Source: Rebecca billardiae RCC1528
Taxonomy: Eukaryota > Protista > Haptophyta
Length of the DNA stretch: 64,000 nt
Assembly: GCA_965240325.2 (NCBI GenBank)
Contig: OZ251243.1
Span: 992,001-1,056,000 of the forward strand
Reading direction: 5' to 3'
The notes beneath the pieces were generated by a model that saw nothing but the letters and a program-made list of their open reading frames with translations, ran no database searches and was not told the origin of the DNA. Positions within the stretch are counted from its first letter, which is position 1. Every line of letters starts with the position of its first letter. Made by a program: the position numbers and the translations under genes. Of this stretch, positions 23,378-35,600 are shown one piece after another.

Positions 23378-24326
23378 CGGTTTATATATATACTAAGAAT
23401 AAGAGACGCACACAGCTCAGGCAGGCGAGATCGACGCCCGTCATTCGTCAACTGTCACCGCCCAGCATGAAGCCGTCGCCGATGGTACTGCCAGCGCCGT
23501 CGGAAGATTCGTTCAGCCGTCCGCCTGCGTGGCCTGGATGAGGGCTGCGGCTGCCTCGCGGCGCGCCAGCGCCCGTCGTCCGCGCCCCACCGTCGTCCAC
23601 AAAATATCGTCGTCGTCCGAACTCTCCGACTGGGCGCCGATGCGAAAGCGCGCCTTAACAGGATGTAGTACTAGTAGTATGTCAGAATGTGGAGCCCCAC
23701 TGTCGGTTGGGGAAGGCGTGTATCAAGCGGCATGACTGACTGGGGTAGCTTATCACACAGAAGGCCTGGCCCTCAGGTGATATGTGCCCCAGTGTGGCGT
23801 GTCGGTCTCAAAGCCGTCGGCAGGGTTCTGTTGCCAGGAGGGTTCACTGGCTCACCAGCTTAGCTACACTTTCAGGAGACTCACCGTTGACTGTGCAGCA
23901 CCGCCGCGCGCGGCGCCGTGGCGCTGCAAACGCCCAACACTGAGCTGATGTCGATGAGCTAGCACTTGCTCCTCACTAGGCGTATTGTCAAGTCCTCTAA
24001 AGGGCGATCAATGCTACTGTAGCAGTGCGCGCGAGCTAAATCCCCATTCGCGTCATTGACATTCATCTTTTGCAGTCTGTATTTAGTCTGTATTCATAAC
24101 CGCGACAGAGTCACTAGTCAGACGAGGCTCGTCCGGTCAGATAATAAGCCAGCAACTAGCCGCCTGCTGCCAGGCGGCCTCGGTCATCACCATCACGCAT
24201 GACGAAGGCGGCGTCAGATGCACGGGGGACTCGTCGCCAAGACACCGTCGCCAAACATGAAACATCCCTTCAATCATATCTCGCCTGAGGCCTGCGCTGT
24301 GTGCGTCTCTTATTCTTAGTAAACTG
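23378..24326. mobile_element. Putative MITE-like element bounded by inverted copies of CAGTTTACTAAGAATAAGAGACGCACACAG (Tc1/mariner-like TA-CAGT end)
   Basis: 23391-23416 is the exact reverse complement of 24296-24321, with similarity extending about 45 bp; the right end reads ...AAACTG|TA; the left end is degenerate (CGGTTTA plus TA expansion). Confidence 0.55.
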
Positions 24327-24501
24327 TAGCTACTGTAGACGCATCGGCCCCGCACACGCATCCCTTCAACCCATCCGACCGTTGGCCGGCACCGCATCAC
24401 CTGTCTACCGGATTGTTTATTGATGTTCGCCGTTCGGCCCACATCCGGTTATTATTCACTCAAGCGAGTTCAAAGCGCGTTCGCGCCGCCGCGCCATCGC
24501 C

Positions 24502-25587
24502 ATGCAGCGCACGTTCGGTCGCAAGCGGCGGCTGGCCGACGCAGCGTGGACCGAGGCGGCGTGCGCGGTGCAGCCCGTCGAGGAGACACCTCCCGACGAA
24601 GGTCAGAACGGAGATGACGCCCTCGCCACGGCGGAGGCGGAGCCCCACTCGGCGTCGACGCTGTGGCGCAAGCTCCTCGATGGACACGCCGCTCCTCCCG
24701 CAGGCGCGCCCGCCGTGCGCTGCAAGGCAGGGGCGCGCATGGAAGCCGGACGGCAGCTGCAGCTCACGCTCTCTGATTCAAACCACGCAAGCCAGCAGAA
24801 GCGATGCGTGGCGTGCGGCATGGTGTACACGCGGGGCCTCGACACGGATGAGCAGCTGCACGCCAAGCACCACGCAGCGACAGTTACGGCCGTGACGAGC
24901 CTCACCTTCCGGACGGACGCGGAGGAGGTTGTCGTGGAGCGTGGGGTCGGCGTCGACGGCCGGCCGTGGCGCATCGTGCGCATGCAGCTGCCGCGTGACC
25001 TTTCCCGCGCGCACACGACCACATCGCGCAAGCTGCTGCGCATGAGCAAAGCGCTTGAGCTTGAGCTCGGCTGCGAGCCGTTCGCCGAGCAGGCAGCCGG
25101 CGGCGCGGCTCTCGTAGCTTTCGCGCGCGTGGGCGCGTCCGATCGCGTGCACGGCTGCCTGGTCGCTGAGCGCATCGGGCACGCGTACGAGCTGCTGGTA
25201 CCCGAACCGCCGCCGCCGGAGCACGAGGCTGGCCGGAGCGGCGCTGCGCAGGCGCCACAGGCTCAGCAATTGACTGCGGCTAGAGCTGGGGCGCACTTGC
25301 GCGATGCGGCGGCGAAAGGCTCGCTACAGTGCAGCTCTGTGCGCGTGCATGCCGAGTGCGGCGTGCGTTACGTGTGGGTGGCCGCAGGGCACCGGCGCAA
25401 AGGCGTCGGCCGATCGCTGCTCGACGCATGCCGTTCGCACCTTGTGAGCGGCATCTGCATATCGCGCGAGCGCCTCGCCTTCTCGCAGCCAACAGCCGAC
25501 GGTCTCGCACTGGCCATGGCGTACACACGAACGCCGCGTTTTCCCGTGTACATCCCCACAGCTGCAGAGTGCATCACTGGGCGGTAA
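24502..25587 (+). CDS. ECO1: Cohesin acetyltransferase Eco1/ESCO/CTF7
   Basis: PIP-like QLQLTL, C2H2 finger CVACGMVY....DEQLHAKHH, acetyltransferase CGVRYVWV...RRKGVG..LLD...AFSQPT.DG. Confidence 0.92.
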   Translation: MQRTFGRKRRLADAAWTEAACAVQPVEETPPDEGQNGDDALATAEAEPHSASTLWRKLLDGHAAPPAGAPAVRCKAGARMEAGRQLQLTLSDSNHASQQKRCVACGMVYTRGLDTDEQLHAKHHAATVTAVTSLTFRTDAEEVVVERGVGVDGRPWRIVRMQLPRDLSRAHTTTSRKLLRMSKALELELGCEPFAEQAAGGAALVAFARVGASDRVHGCLVAERIGHAYELLVPEPPPPEHEAGRSGAAQAPQAQQLTAARAGAHLRDAAAKGSLQCSSVRVHAECGVRYVWVAAGHRRKGVGRSLLDACRSHLVSGICISRERLAFSQPTADGLALAMAYTRTPRFPVYIPTAAECITGR

Positions 25588-25691
25588 TCCGACTATGAAT
25601 CCGCGGCGACAGCCTAAACAGGACGGTCGACACTGACAGGTGTCAGGTCCGTTGACCATACCGGCTATTTTTTTTTATAATAATGCAGTTT

Positions 25692-25834
<143 letters not shown>

Positions 25835-26144
25835 CAGCTCTCTGGCGGCCCGTATTCCGTAACCGTTTACGAGTCGTACTCTAGTCTCTACTCTCGGTAG
25901 CGGAGACTACTCATAGTCATACTGTAGAGTACTCACTCTCTGTCTCTTACTGAGTAGTATATATATATATATATGCCTGATATGTGCCTGTGGGCGTGGC
26001 CTGTGCCTGTGGCAATGTGAACGTCTCAAGATGCCATGATTAGAGCGGAAGTCACTAGTCATTATAAGTCAGCCGCCGCCGTGCCGGCGTGCCGCCGATG
26101 CCTTCAGGCCTCAAGTAGTCATACACGACACTCCGTGCCAGTTC

Positions 26145-26861
26145 CTAGCTGATACTGCCGCCCGCGATTGAGGGCGCGGTGCACGGCGCGCCCGAGACGA
26201 CGAGCGTCTCACCATTGTACGTCGCGATCCGCTCGTCGTTCGTCTTCAGCCCGGGCGACATCTTCTCCAGCACCTTCTTCTTCTTCATCTGGTTGGCGGT
26301 AGCAGGAGCCACGTCAGCTGCCTCCGCGCCCTCCTCCGCCTCGGCGCGGGCGAGCGCGTCAGCCTCGGCCTGCGTGAGCACGCGGTCCCCCGGCTGCGCG
26401 CTAGCGGGCGGGTCGAGAAACTCCACCTTCCCCTTGTCCGCCGACGAGGCGCAGAAGACCATGCCGGATGACGGGAAGCCAGCGAGCTTGGCGGGCTTCA
26501 GATTGCACACGACGAGGACGCTGCGGCCTTGCAGGTCGTCGAGCGCGTAGTGCGCGCGCAAGCCACTGGCAATCTCGCGCGGCTCGGCTTCGCCAACATC
26601 GATCCGCTCGCAGAACAGCTTGTCCGAGTCGGGGTGCTCCCACGCCTCGACAATCTTGCCGACGCGCACGTCGAGCGAGGAGAAGCGCGGCGGCGGCGCC
26701 TCCTCCGCAGGCTCGCTCGCGCACATGCGCGCGCCGACGAGGCGCGATCGCGAAAGTGCGATGGCTGGTCCTCGTGCGAGCAGCGCGCCGCTGCGCACGG
26801 GCGCGCGCAGCCCGAGCGCAGCCGCCGGCAGCATGCACAGGACGGCGACGCCACGCGCCAT
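26145..26861 (-). CDS. Stand-alone tRNA-binding OB-fold protein (EMAP-II/Arc1/MetRS C-terminal-like), probably plastid-targeted
   Basis: LDVRVGKI...HPDSDKLF.E.IDVGE..PREIASGL and VVCNLKPAKLAGFPSSGMV; signal peptide followed by an Arg/Ser/Ala-rich transit-like peptide. Confidence 0.88.
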   Translation of the reverse strand: MARGVAVLCMLPAAALGLRAPVRSGALLARGPAIALSRSRLVGARMCASEPAEEAPPPRFSSLDVRVGKIVEAWEHPDSDKLFCERIDVGEAEPREIASGLRAHYALDDLQGRSVLVVCNLKPAKLAGFPSSGMVFCASSADKGKVEFLDPPASAQPGDRVLTQAEADALARAEAEEGAEAADVAPATANQMKKKKVLEKMSPGLKTNDERIATYNGETLVVSGAPCTAPSIAGGSIS

Positions 26862-27004
26862 GGACGCGACTTCTCGCGACTTTCCGGAGCGAGATGATTA
26901 CTTTTGGGACTGGGAGCCGCTGCATTGTCCGGGCTGCTACTCGCCAACTCCGGACGCACGCTGGACGCACTTGCAGACCTGAAACCACGCCCACGTTGCC
27001 ATCC

Positions 27005-28903
27005 ATGGCGGCCCAGGATGCGCCCGCCCCGTTCGTCGCGCTCGGCCTGCACGAGTGGCTCGCGCGGAGCTGCGTGCACATGGGCATGCGCACGCCCATG
27101 CCAATCCAGCGCACGTGCGTCCCCGCCGTCCTCGCCGGGCGCGACGTGATCGGCCGCGCGGCCACGGGGAGCGGCAAGACGGCGGCGTTCGCGCTGCCGA
27201 TCCTGCAGCGGCTCTCCGAGGATCCGTACGGCGTGTACGCGCTGGTGCTCACGCCGACGCGCGAGCTCGCCGCGCAGATCAACGAGCAGTTCGTCGCGCT
27301 CGGCGAGCGCATGAGCGTGCGCACGGAGGTCGTCGTCGGCGGCGTGGACATGGTGCGGCAGGCGGCGGCGCTGCAGGAGCGTCCGCATGTGGTGATTGGC
27401 ACGCCTGGTCGGCTGCTCGACCACCTGCGCAGCGCGCACGCGGAGCACTCGCCCGTGTTCCGCCGGCTCGCCGTGCTCGTGCTCGACGAGGCCGACCGCC
27501 TCCTCGACCTCGGCTTCGGCGCCGAGATTGGCGCGCTGCTCGAGCTGCTGCCGCCGTGCGGCGCGCGCCAGACCCTGCTCTTCTCAGCGACCATCACGCG
27601 CTCGCTGCGCGAGCTGCAGGCGCTGGCGCTGCGCAAGCCGTTCGTCGCGGACGCGCGCGAGCCGGCGCTCGGCCCGTCGGCCGGCGCGGCCGGCGCGGAG
27701 GCCGACGGCGCGGCCGCGCGCGGCGGCGGCGCGCAGCGCGCACCGGAGGAGGAGGAGGGAGCTGTCCGCGAGCTCGACGGCGTGAGTCTCCCTGAGGGCC
27801 TTGCCCAGTTCCATCTCTTCGTGCCGCTCAAGGTGAAGGACGTGTACCTCGCGTTCCTCGTGCGCCGGCTCCTCGAGACGCCCGTCTCCGCCGCGGGCGC
27901 GCGCGTGGGCGGCGGCGGGGCCGCGGCCGCTGCGGCGGCGAGCATCATCATCTTCACCTCGACGTGCCTGTCGTGTGAGCTGCTCGCGCGCACGCTCTCG
28001 GAGCTCGGCGTGCAGTGCGCGTCGCTGCACTCGCTGCACCTGCAGCGATCGCGGCTCGCCGCGCTGCAGCGCTTCCGCTCGCACCGCGTCCGCGTGCTCG
28101 TCGCCACCGACATCGCCGCGCGCGGGCTGGACGTGCCGTCGGTTGGTTGCGTTCTCAACTACAACGTGCCGGCGATGCCAGCGGACTATGTGCACCGCGT
28201 CGGCCGGACCGCGCGCGCGGGGCGGCGGGGCACGGCGATCACGCTCGTCTCGCAGTACGAAGTGGAGCGCTTCCTCGCAATCGAGGCGGTCGTCGGCCGG
28301 CGCGTGCCGTCGCTCGACGCCGAGGAGGCGGAGGCGGCGGCCGGACAGCAGGGCGGTGCCGGCGCCGACGACGCGGCGGGCGCGCCGCCCGGACTGCAGG
28401 TTCGAGAGAAGTCCGTACTCAAGTTACTCAACGAGGTGAGCGGCGCGCGGCGCGCGGCGATGATGGAGCTGACCGAGTCGGGCTTCGTTGCGCGCGCGCA
28501 GAAGCGGAAGAAGCAGCGCGAGGCGCAGCACGGCGGGCAGTCCGCCGGGCAGCCGCGGGGCGCGGGCAGGGCCGAGGACGCTGAGCACGCACTCGCCGCA
28601 GAGGCGCGAGCGCCCACGGGCGGTAGCGCAGCGCACCGCAGGTCAACGCCGGCGGGCGCCGCGGCCGCGGGGCACAAGCGCAGCCGGGCGGACGGCAACG
28701 ATGGCGGCGCCGCCGCGGACATGGCGAGCGGGCACGCGTCGCCATCCTCGCGCGCCGCAGCCTCTGCTGATCGGCCGCCTGGGCGCAAGGCGGCCTCCAC
28801 GTCGCAAGCTCATCCCAAGTCGGACTCTGAGCCCAAGCCCTGGAACAAGGGCTCCGCGCGTCTGAAGAAGAGGCCAATTAAGAAGAAGCAGAAGGCGGAG
28901 TGA
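27005..28903 (+). CDS. DDX49: DEAD-box RNA helicase DBP8/DDX49
   Basis: Q motif, ATGSGKT, EDPYGVYALVLTPTRELA, DEAD, SAT, ARGLD, HRVGRTAR. Confidence 0.9.
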   Translation: MAAQDAPAPFVALGLHEWLARSCVHMGMRTPMPIQRTCVPAVLAGRDVIGRAATGSGKTAAFALPILQRLSEDPYGVYALVLTPTRELAAQINEQFVALGERMSVRTEVVVGGVDMVRQAAALQERPHVVIGTPGRLLDHLRSAHAEHSPVFRRLAVLVLDEADRLLDLGFGAEIGALLELLPPCGARQTLLFSATITRSLRELQALALRKPFVADAREPALGPSAGAAGAEADGAAARGGGAQRAPEEEEGAVRELDGVSLPEGLAQFHLFVPLKVKDVYLAFLVRRLLETPVSAAGARVGGGGAAAAAAASIIIFTSTCLSCELLARTLSELGVQCASLHSLHLQRSRLAALQRFRSHRVRVLVATDIAARGLDVPSVGCVLNYNVPAMPADYVHRVGRTARAGRRGTAITLVSQYEVERFLAIEAVVGRRVPSLDAEEAEAAAGQQGGAGADDAAGAPPGLQVREKSVLKLLNEVSGARRAAMMELTESGFVARAQKRKKQREAQHGGQSAGQPRGAGRAEDAEHALAAEARAPTGGSAAHRRSTPAGAAAAGHKRSRADGNDGGAAADMASGHASPSSRAAASADRPPGRKAASTSQAHPKSDSEPKPWNKGSARLKKRPIKKKQKAE

Positions 28904-29319
28904 CGCTGCTGGCCTTCACTGTGCGCTGCGCCATCACTAGACAGTAGACTGGCTCTTTTCGCGAGCAGCAATCCGCATGGCGCATGGGCGCGACCAGAAT
29001 CCAGACGATCCGAGGGCGTGGCCGTGGGCGTGATCGGGTCCGCACGCGCGCGCGTGGCAGCGTACAGTCCCGCCCTGCTCGTCGTCAACAATTGATCACC
29101 CTGACGATCGCTAGCCCCGCCGCTCGCAATGGTTGTTCGGTATAAGAACAGCACGCATGCCGCGAGCGGCGGATGAGCGAGTTAGTTATTCCGTCATCCG
29201 CCGGTAATATAAATACTCCGCCGGGCAGGAATCTAGCTAGGCCTAGGGCCTATGAGGCTAGGAGTAGGGAGTAGATAGAACTACTCACGCGCTGCGAAGT
29301 CAGAAGTCCGACGGCACTG

Positions 29320-30746
29320 CACCTTGACTGCCCCCCAGCCCCGTTTTTGGCCGCACGATTGCGAATCTCAGAGTTACTTGGCCAGTCAATGTTTAGAGTT
29401 TTGAAGAAGGCGAAAGACTATCTGGCGGCCGAAACGAGGGACGGCTGTCCCGATGGCGTTCCGGCCGCGAAGTCCGCCGGTGCCTTGCACGAGGGCGGCC
29501 GATCAGTGGCGCCTAGCCCGGTCGTCCGCGCGGTTGTGTCAGCGCACGCGCCATGTGTGTGCCCCCCGCTGTCACGGCATGTTGTGCGCCAGCACAGTGG
29601 GAGCTCCTCGCCTGTTCCTGTCACTCACGGCTAAGCGACGGTGCAGAGATCTTCAGTCCGAGCCCGCGACTGCTGAACTTCATGTGATACGTGTGCGAAT
29701 CCTGGCAGAAAAGCACGCTCTGCTCCCGCAAATCTACCTGGCGAACGTGCGCTGGTGTCAATGCTTCACGCAGTGCACAAATGCCATGGCGAATCAGTCT
29801 TCCCTGCGTGTCACAGGCCTTGGCGTTTGCACATCGACAAGCTAACGGAGACGAGTCCCGACGAGCTGCGTATGGCTGTGGTCGCATGTAGTGTGGGCGT
29901 CGAACGCCGGAGAAGGTGGTGGCTGAAGGCGATAGAAGTATGCTCTCCCATCGGGTACAAGCCAGGCTTGGAAGACGTCTGCTTGCATCACACACACAGC
30001 TTACGCCGACCCGTGCGACGTGAAGCGCCTCAAGCGTGACGGAAGCAACCCAAGGTGCGCGCAAGGCGTGAGGAGCAGGGTGATCTAACCTTACGCGGGC
30101 CTGCTCATCTAGCAGCGCACTCAGTAGATCGCCCCCGTCCTCAGGCGCACGATGACCACCGAATCGTGAATGTGTAGACGCTGACGCGTGCCAGCTTGCG
30201 GCGAGCAGCGACCGTGCCGGCGGACTCGGGCCTCGCGCAAGAACAAGCAGGTTTTTTTGGCGCGGAGGACGCTAGCATGACCTGCACGTACAGCGGGGAG
30301 ATTGTTTGCAAGGCGTGCCCTACATACAGCTCGCGTGCCCCTCAGATATCCCGCGCGGAGAACGTCAGCAGCCCAGCATCGCAGTCCGCGCCGCAGCCCC
30401 AACCACTCAGCTCCGCCCCTCGCCCACCACGAGACGGCGAGATACCGACAGAAGTGGAACGGAGCGAGCATCTATTTCCTTATTGGGGCTCGCGGGAGCC
30501 GATTGATCATTTTTCATTGAGCGAAGCCCGAGCTGGCTTCCCATTGGACGGATTGGCGGCTGCGCTACTCCGCAAGGCGAAACACTTACAGCTTCACATC
30601 CCGAAAATGCAAGTTTGGACAATAGAGTGAGGCACCCTCGTCCAATGAAATTGCTGAAAATCCCGACGAAACTTTACTCGCACGTGCGGGTACACGCAAT
30701 CTCCGGGAGATATGGCCAATTCCGCCCACTGGGGCCATTCAAGGTG
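29320..30746. mobile_element. Degenerate non-autonomous TIR element with CAC...GTG ends (CMC/Transib-like termini)
   Basis: CACCTTGACTGCCCCCCAG...TTGGCC at 29320 vs the reverse complement of the 30746 end, CACCTTGAATGGCCCCAG...TTGGCC; no clean TSD; no intact ORF. Confidence 0.5.
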
Positions 30747-30756
30747 ATGCTAACCG

Positions 30757-30771
30757 TATATATATATATAT

Positions 30772-30860
<89 letters not shown>
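30757..30860. repeat. (TA)n microsatellite abutting the 3' end of hairpin element copy 2
   Basis: Direct reading. Confidence 0.97.
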
Positions 30861-30863
<3 letters not shown>

Positions 30864-32155
30864 CCGCGTTCCGCGGTCCTTTTCTGCATAGAATCAACGC
30901 AGTTGGGGGCCCGCGGTGGCCGTGCAATCGCGGCTCTCCGCCGTAGTGGCAGTTCGCCAGTTGAAGTCGGTTCTGAGATGACTGAAGCTATATTAGTCCG
31001 ACCGTCGCCCTGCCTGCGCGACCGCGAGACTCATTCACACTTATTCACACAATCACAGCAGCGGACCTGAGACTACCGCACCCGGCACCGGTCGTCAAAT
31101 CGGACGTCCGTCTGACAACTAGCTGCCAAATGTCCAACTGGCTGATCAGCTCGGATCCGACCCGTCCGCGATCGTGCCATCGGCATCGGAATTACTACTA
31201 GTAGCTGCCAAACTGTGTCCAACTCTGGCTGATCAGCTCGGATCCGACCCGTCCGCGATCGTGCCGAGTGAGTCGTGCCGCGGAGTTCGGAGTACTGAAG
31301 GAGTCGGGTGTGACAGCAGGGTGCTTTAGCGCTGCGGCCCGTGCCAGCCAACGACCAGACGTACTCTGGCCACTTGACCCGTTGCACGGGTGAGTGACCG
31401 TACGCCCTGCCTAGTGCCTACCGCGCGCGCCGCGCGACCGGCGACTCGGGGTGATGGAGAGCGGATGGCGACAGCAGCAGCAGTCCTCATGAAGACGATG
31501 AAACTGGCGGCGCGGGTGCACGAGGTGGCAGGCGAAAGCGCGCCGACGAGACCGCATTTGACACACCTGAGCCGCACGCGCGTGCCGTCGCCGACCGGCG
31601 AGCGCTGCAAACGCGCAACCGTACCGCGTGCGCCACGACGGCGCGGCACTAGCTGATGCAGGCCGTACTGCCGGCACTGCTTCTGCGATCATGCGCCACG
31701 GTCGCAGCTGACTGCGTGAGCAGCAAGCGGGAGGCGGGTCCGGAGGCACGTGCAGGCGCCGTCCCGCATATCCGCCATCGCCCATCGTGCCGGGGCACGT
31801 CACTCACCTCCGACGATCCGGATGTGGCCCAGTCCGGACGTCACGCGATCCGGGAAGACGAGTACGATTCGCTCGTAACGAACCGTTACACTAATGTCAC
31901 GTCCAGCTGACGTCCAGATCGCACTTTACTTAAGGGAATCAGCTGGGCGCGTTTTTTTTTGGCCTGATAGACCTCTCAATGCGATCTCAAAAACTCGAAA
32001 CTCGGTCTCCGCCAGCCCTAAAAATCGCCCCCCGTCCCTTTTTTTCCGCCGCCCCCCGTCCCTTTTTTCTTGCTGATCAAAGATCTTTTTGAAACGTGGT
32101 TCGGGCCCGCTGGTGCGGGCTCCACGCTGCGCGCTCCGCCCTGCACCGCGGGCCA
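30861..32155 (-). mobile_element. Non-autonomous element, copy 2 of the asymmetric-IR/3'-hairpin family
   Basis: Same TGACCGCGTTCCGCGGTCCTTTT end; 31870-32155 nearly identical to 10635-10893; different interior with an internal duplication (31121-31178 / 31203-31265). Confidence 0.8.
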
Positions 32156-32184
32156 TCAATCGATCATCGGCGACATCGTCCGAT

Positions 32185-32260
<76 letters not shown>

Positions 32261-32275
32261 CAGCACACACACACA
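32185..32275. repeat. (CA)n microsatellite
   Basis: Direct reading. Confidence 0.95.
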
Positions 32276-32680
32276 GTGTCTGATGCAACTAGGTGACACT
32301 GACAGTGACACTGTGACAGCAGCGTCGTCGTCTGTCTTGACCTCGGGTCCGGCTCGGAGTCGTCAGATGAGGCGTCGGATCCGCCACTCACGTCGATGAT
32401 GTCACGCGCCGATCCGCCGCCGGCATCTTTGAATACTGAGACTACGTACGATACTGATGAATAATATAATCCGGGAGTGGCGGGAGTCATCTACTATATA
32501 GTATATATATACTATATACTATACTATAATATTATAATATATATAAAACTTATCCGACCAGCAGCAACAGTGAATAGATCAGCATCGGCGCCATCGGAAT
32601 TCATCATCAGGCGGCTCAGCGCGCAGCACCACCATCATCATCAATGTCACGCACTGCTGGTATATACCCATCTGCCGTCG

Positions 32681-35600
32681 TCACGACGCGTCGACGCCAC
32701 GCCGCAGTATTTGGTCACGCCGACGTTCACGCATGGCTGCCGACTCACCGCCGCTTCGGGAAACGCCGTCAGTGGGGCGACCGCGAGCAGCATGGTGCGA
32801 GTAGGACGACGCCCCGCCATCCTCCGCCCCGGCCCCGCCATCCTTGTCGAGGATGTCCTCCAGCAGCCCACCCGGCCGGAACCCGAACAGCGGCGGCTTT
32901 CTGCGCTGGACGGCGAGGAACGGCTTGTCAGCCCACTCGAGCTTTGCCTCGCCGCTGATGCGGGCCCGAACGCGCAGCGCGGGCTGCGCTCTCTGGGCCG
33001 TCGGCTCCGACGGGGTAGGCGGCACGCCGTGTGCCGCGCTCTGGGCCGTCGGCTCCGACGCGAAGATCGGCACGCCGTGCGCCGTGCACGCGCGGTACGC
33101 GCCCTCTCCGCCGTACCCGAACACGGCCTCCAGCTCCCAGTCGAGGGCGCCCACGATGTGCCGGAAGGTCTCCGGCGGCATCCGGTAGGCGTGCGGGCAC
33201 GGGTCGACGGAGACCGCGCGCTTGGGGCCGCCGCGCGAGATCTGGCGCTGGGCGAGCGCGTCGGCGCGACCGAACGGCTTCGCGTACGGGAACGTGCGCG
33301 TCGGGCACCCGCCCAGGTGGCGTGCGAGCACGCACGGCACGTGCTGCGGCCGCGCCACCAGGTCCTCGTACCGGAGGACGAGGACGGGGGCGCCGCCCGG
33401 ACCGGGCTGGCGCGCGCTGACGGTGTGCACGAGCTGCTCGGTGCGGGTGCGCTCGTTGGCGGGCCTGAGGTCGAACGCGTCGCGCATCAGGCGCAGCTGC
33501 GTTTTGCGCCTCGCGATCGGCGACGCGAACGCGTGCACCGCGCATCGCTGCTGCTGCTCGGGCGGCAGCGCGTGCACCGCCGCCATCGGCACGCTCGCGT
33601 TGGCGATGAGCCCGAGCGCGGCGCACCGCTCGAGCGCGCCCGGCAGCTGCAGGGAGCGCCACTCCGTCGAGACGAACATGCGCATCGAGACGCGCCGCGC
33701 CCACGGCGCGTGCTCCGGGTGGTTGTGCAGCCCCAGCAGCCACTGCACCGGCTCGCGCACCAGCACGATCGTCGGCCGCCCGCCCGCGCGCAGCATTCGC
33801 ATCTGCGAGATCGCGTGTGCGGCAGGGCGGTCCGACATCCACGCGTGGAGGAACTCGCCCTGGTGCGCGGGCAGGCCCGTCGCGAAGTTGTAGCGCATCA
33901 CGTGCTTCATCGTGTCGGCGCCCGTGATCCACTCGCCGAACAGCAGGTAGCGCTGCTCCCCGCGCAGCGGGCGGCACGTGCGCGGCGCGGCGCGCACGAG
34001 CTGTGCGGGGCACATGCGCTCAAGCCGCTGCGCCTCAGCAGGCTCGAGCTCACGCGGCTCGGCCGCGGGCTCGTGCGTGGGCAGCGGCTCGTCTGGACGC
34101 TCAGCCCGCGCGGCCTGACGCGGCTCGGGCTTTGGCGCGAGCGCGGCCGCCGCGCGCCTCTTCTCGGCCTCCTCCAGGCAGCGCCGGTACGCACCCTCGG
34201 GCGCGTACCCATAGAGTGCCTCCATAGCCCAGTCCAGCCCTCCGAGGATCGTACGGAACGCGCGCAGGCCGGTGGTGTTGAGGTTGGCGCACGGCTCGAC
34301 CGTCGCGTGCTTCGCGCGCTCGAGCTTCTCCTCCATGATGGCCGGCGGTATCATCGCCCCGTTCGGCCCGACCAGCTCGTTGGGCATGCGCGCGTACGCG
34401 TGCAGCGGGCACGCGCCCAGGTGGTGGGCGAGCATGCACGGCAGCTCAGCCTCGCGCGCGACCATGTCCTCGAAGCGGAGCACGAGCACGCGGCCGCTGC
34501 CGGGCACGGCGCGGCGGCTCACCGTGTGCACGAGCTGCTCGCGCCGCGTCTGCTCGTCCGCCGGCACGAGCTCGAACGCCTGCGCCCACAGCCGCAGCTT
34601 CGTCGAGCGCAGCGCCATGATGGAGGCAAAGTCGCGCACCGCGCACGCGCTCTGCTGCTCGAGCGGGAGCGCTTCAATTTCCTTCGTGGGCACGGTGCTG
34701 GCTGGGATGAAGCCGAGCGCCGCGCACCTCTCGCGCGCCTTGAGCGGGAACCACGAGCGCCACTCGCCCTGCAGGAACTCGAGGAAGCTCACCTTGCCCA
34801 TCAGCCACCGCGCGTGGTGCGGCTCCCGGTGCATCTGCAGCAGCCACTTGACGGGCTCGCGGACCATGATGATCGCCGGCAGCCCGAACGCGTGCACGCG
34901 CGACATCCTCGCCGTCATGCTGCGGATGTCGGCGGCGTCCTCCGAGATCCACATGTGCTTGTACGTATACTTCATGTACGGCGCAGACGCGCCGAAGTTG
35001 AGCCGCACGTGCGAGGCGATCGCGTTGGTGCCGCTGTGGCGCTCGCCCCATACGTGGTAGTCGCGAGTGCCCGTCCGCCACTGGCACGCCGGCGGCGCGG
35101 CGGGCCGCAGCTGCGCGGGGCAGAGCAAGTCCCAGCGCTCGGGCATGGGCAGCGCGGGCAGGCGACCCGACTCGAGCACGCGCCACGCGCGCAGCCAGCG
35201 CTCCTCGCCGCCGGTGCTCGCGCCGTTCCCCGTGCCATTCGACTCCACGTGACTCAGCGTACCCAGATTACCCACGCCAGCCAGCCGCAGCTGCGACTTC
35301 TGGAACCGCTCCGTCTTGTGCAGCGCGCGCGGGACGTTGCGTTCGGCGAGGTACGCCGAGATGACGAGGTCGTCGCTCTCCCTCGCGTCCTTGCCGCTCA
35401 GCAGCTCGCGCATCCGCGCCTCGAACGCGTCCACGTCGGGCGCGTCGCGGCCGAACGCCGCGATTGGGATTCGCCACCCGGCCCGGCCCTCGGCCACGTC
35501 GAGCGGCGCGCCGTGCGGGGCGTCGACGATCGCGTGGCCATGCGGGTGGGTCAGCGAGCGTGGCTTCAGCTTCGAGCCGGACGCCGCCTCAGACACGGAC

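Noticed and set aside
23740-23830. RHATLGHISPE on the minus strand, resembling the Copia gag-pre-integrase WHxRLGH motif
   Set aside because: Short, flanked by stops, with no integrase core nearby; could be chance.
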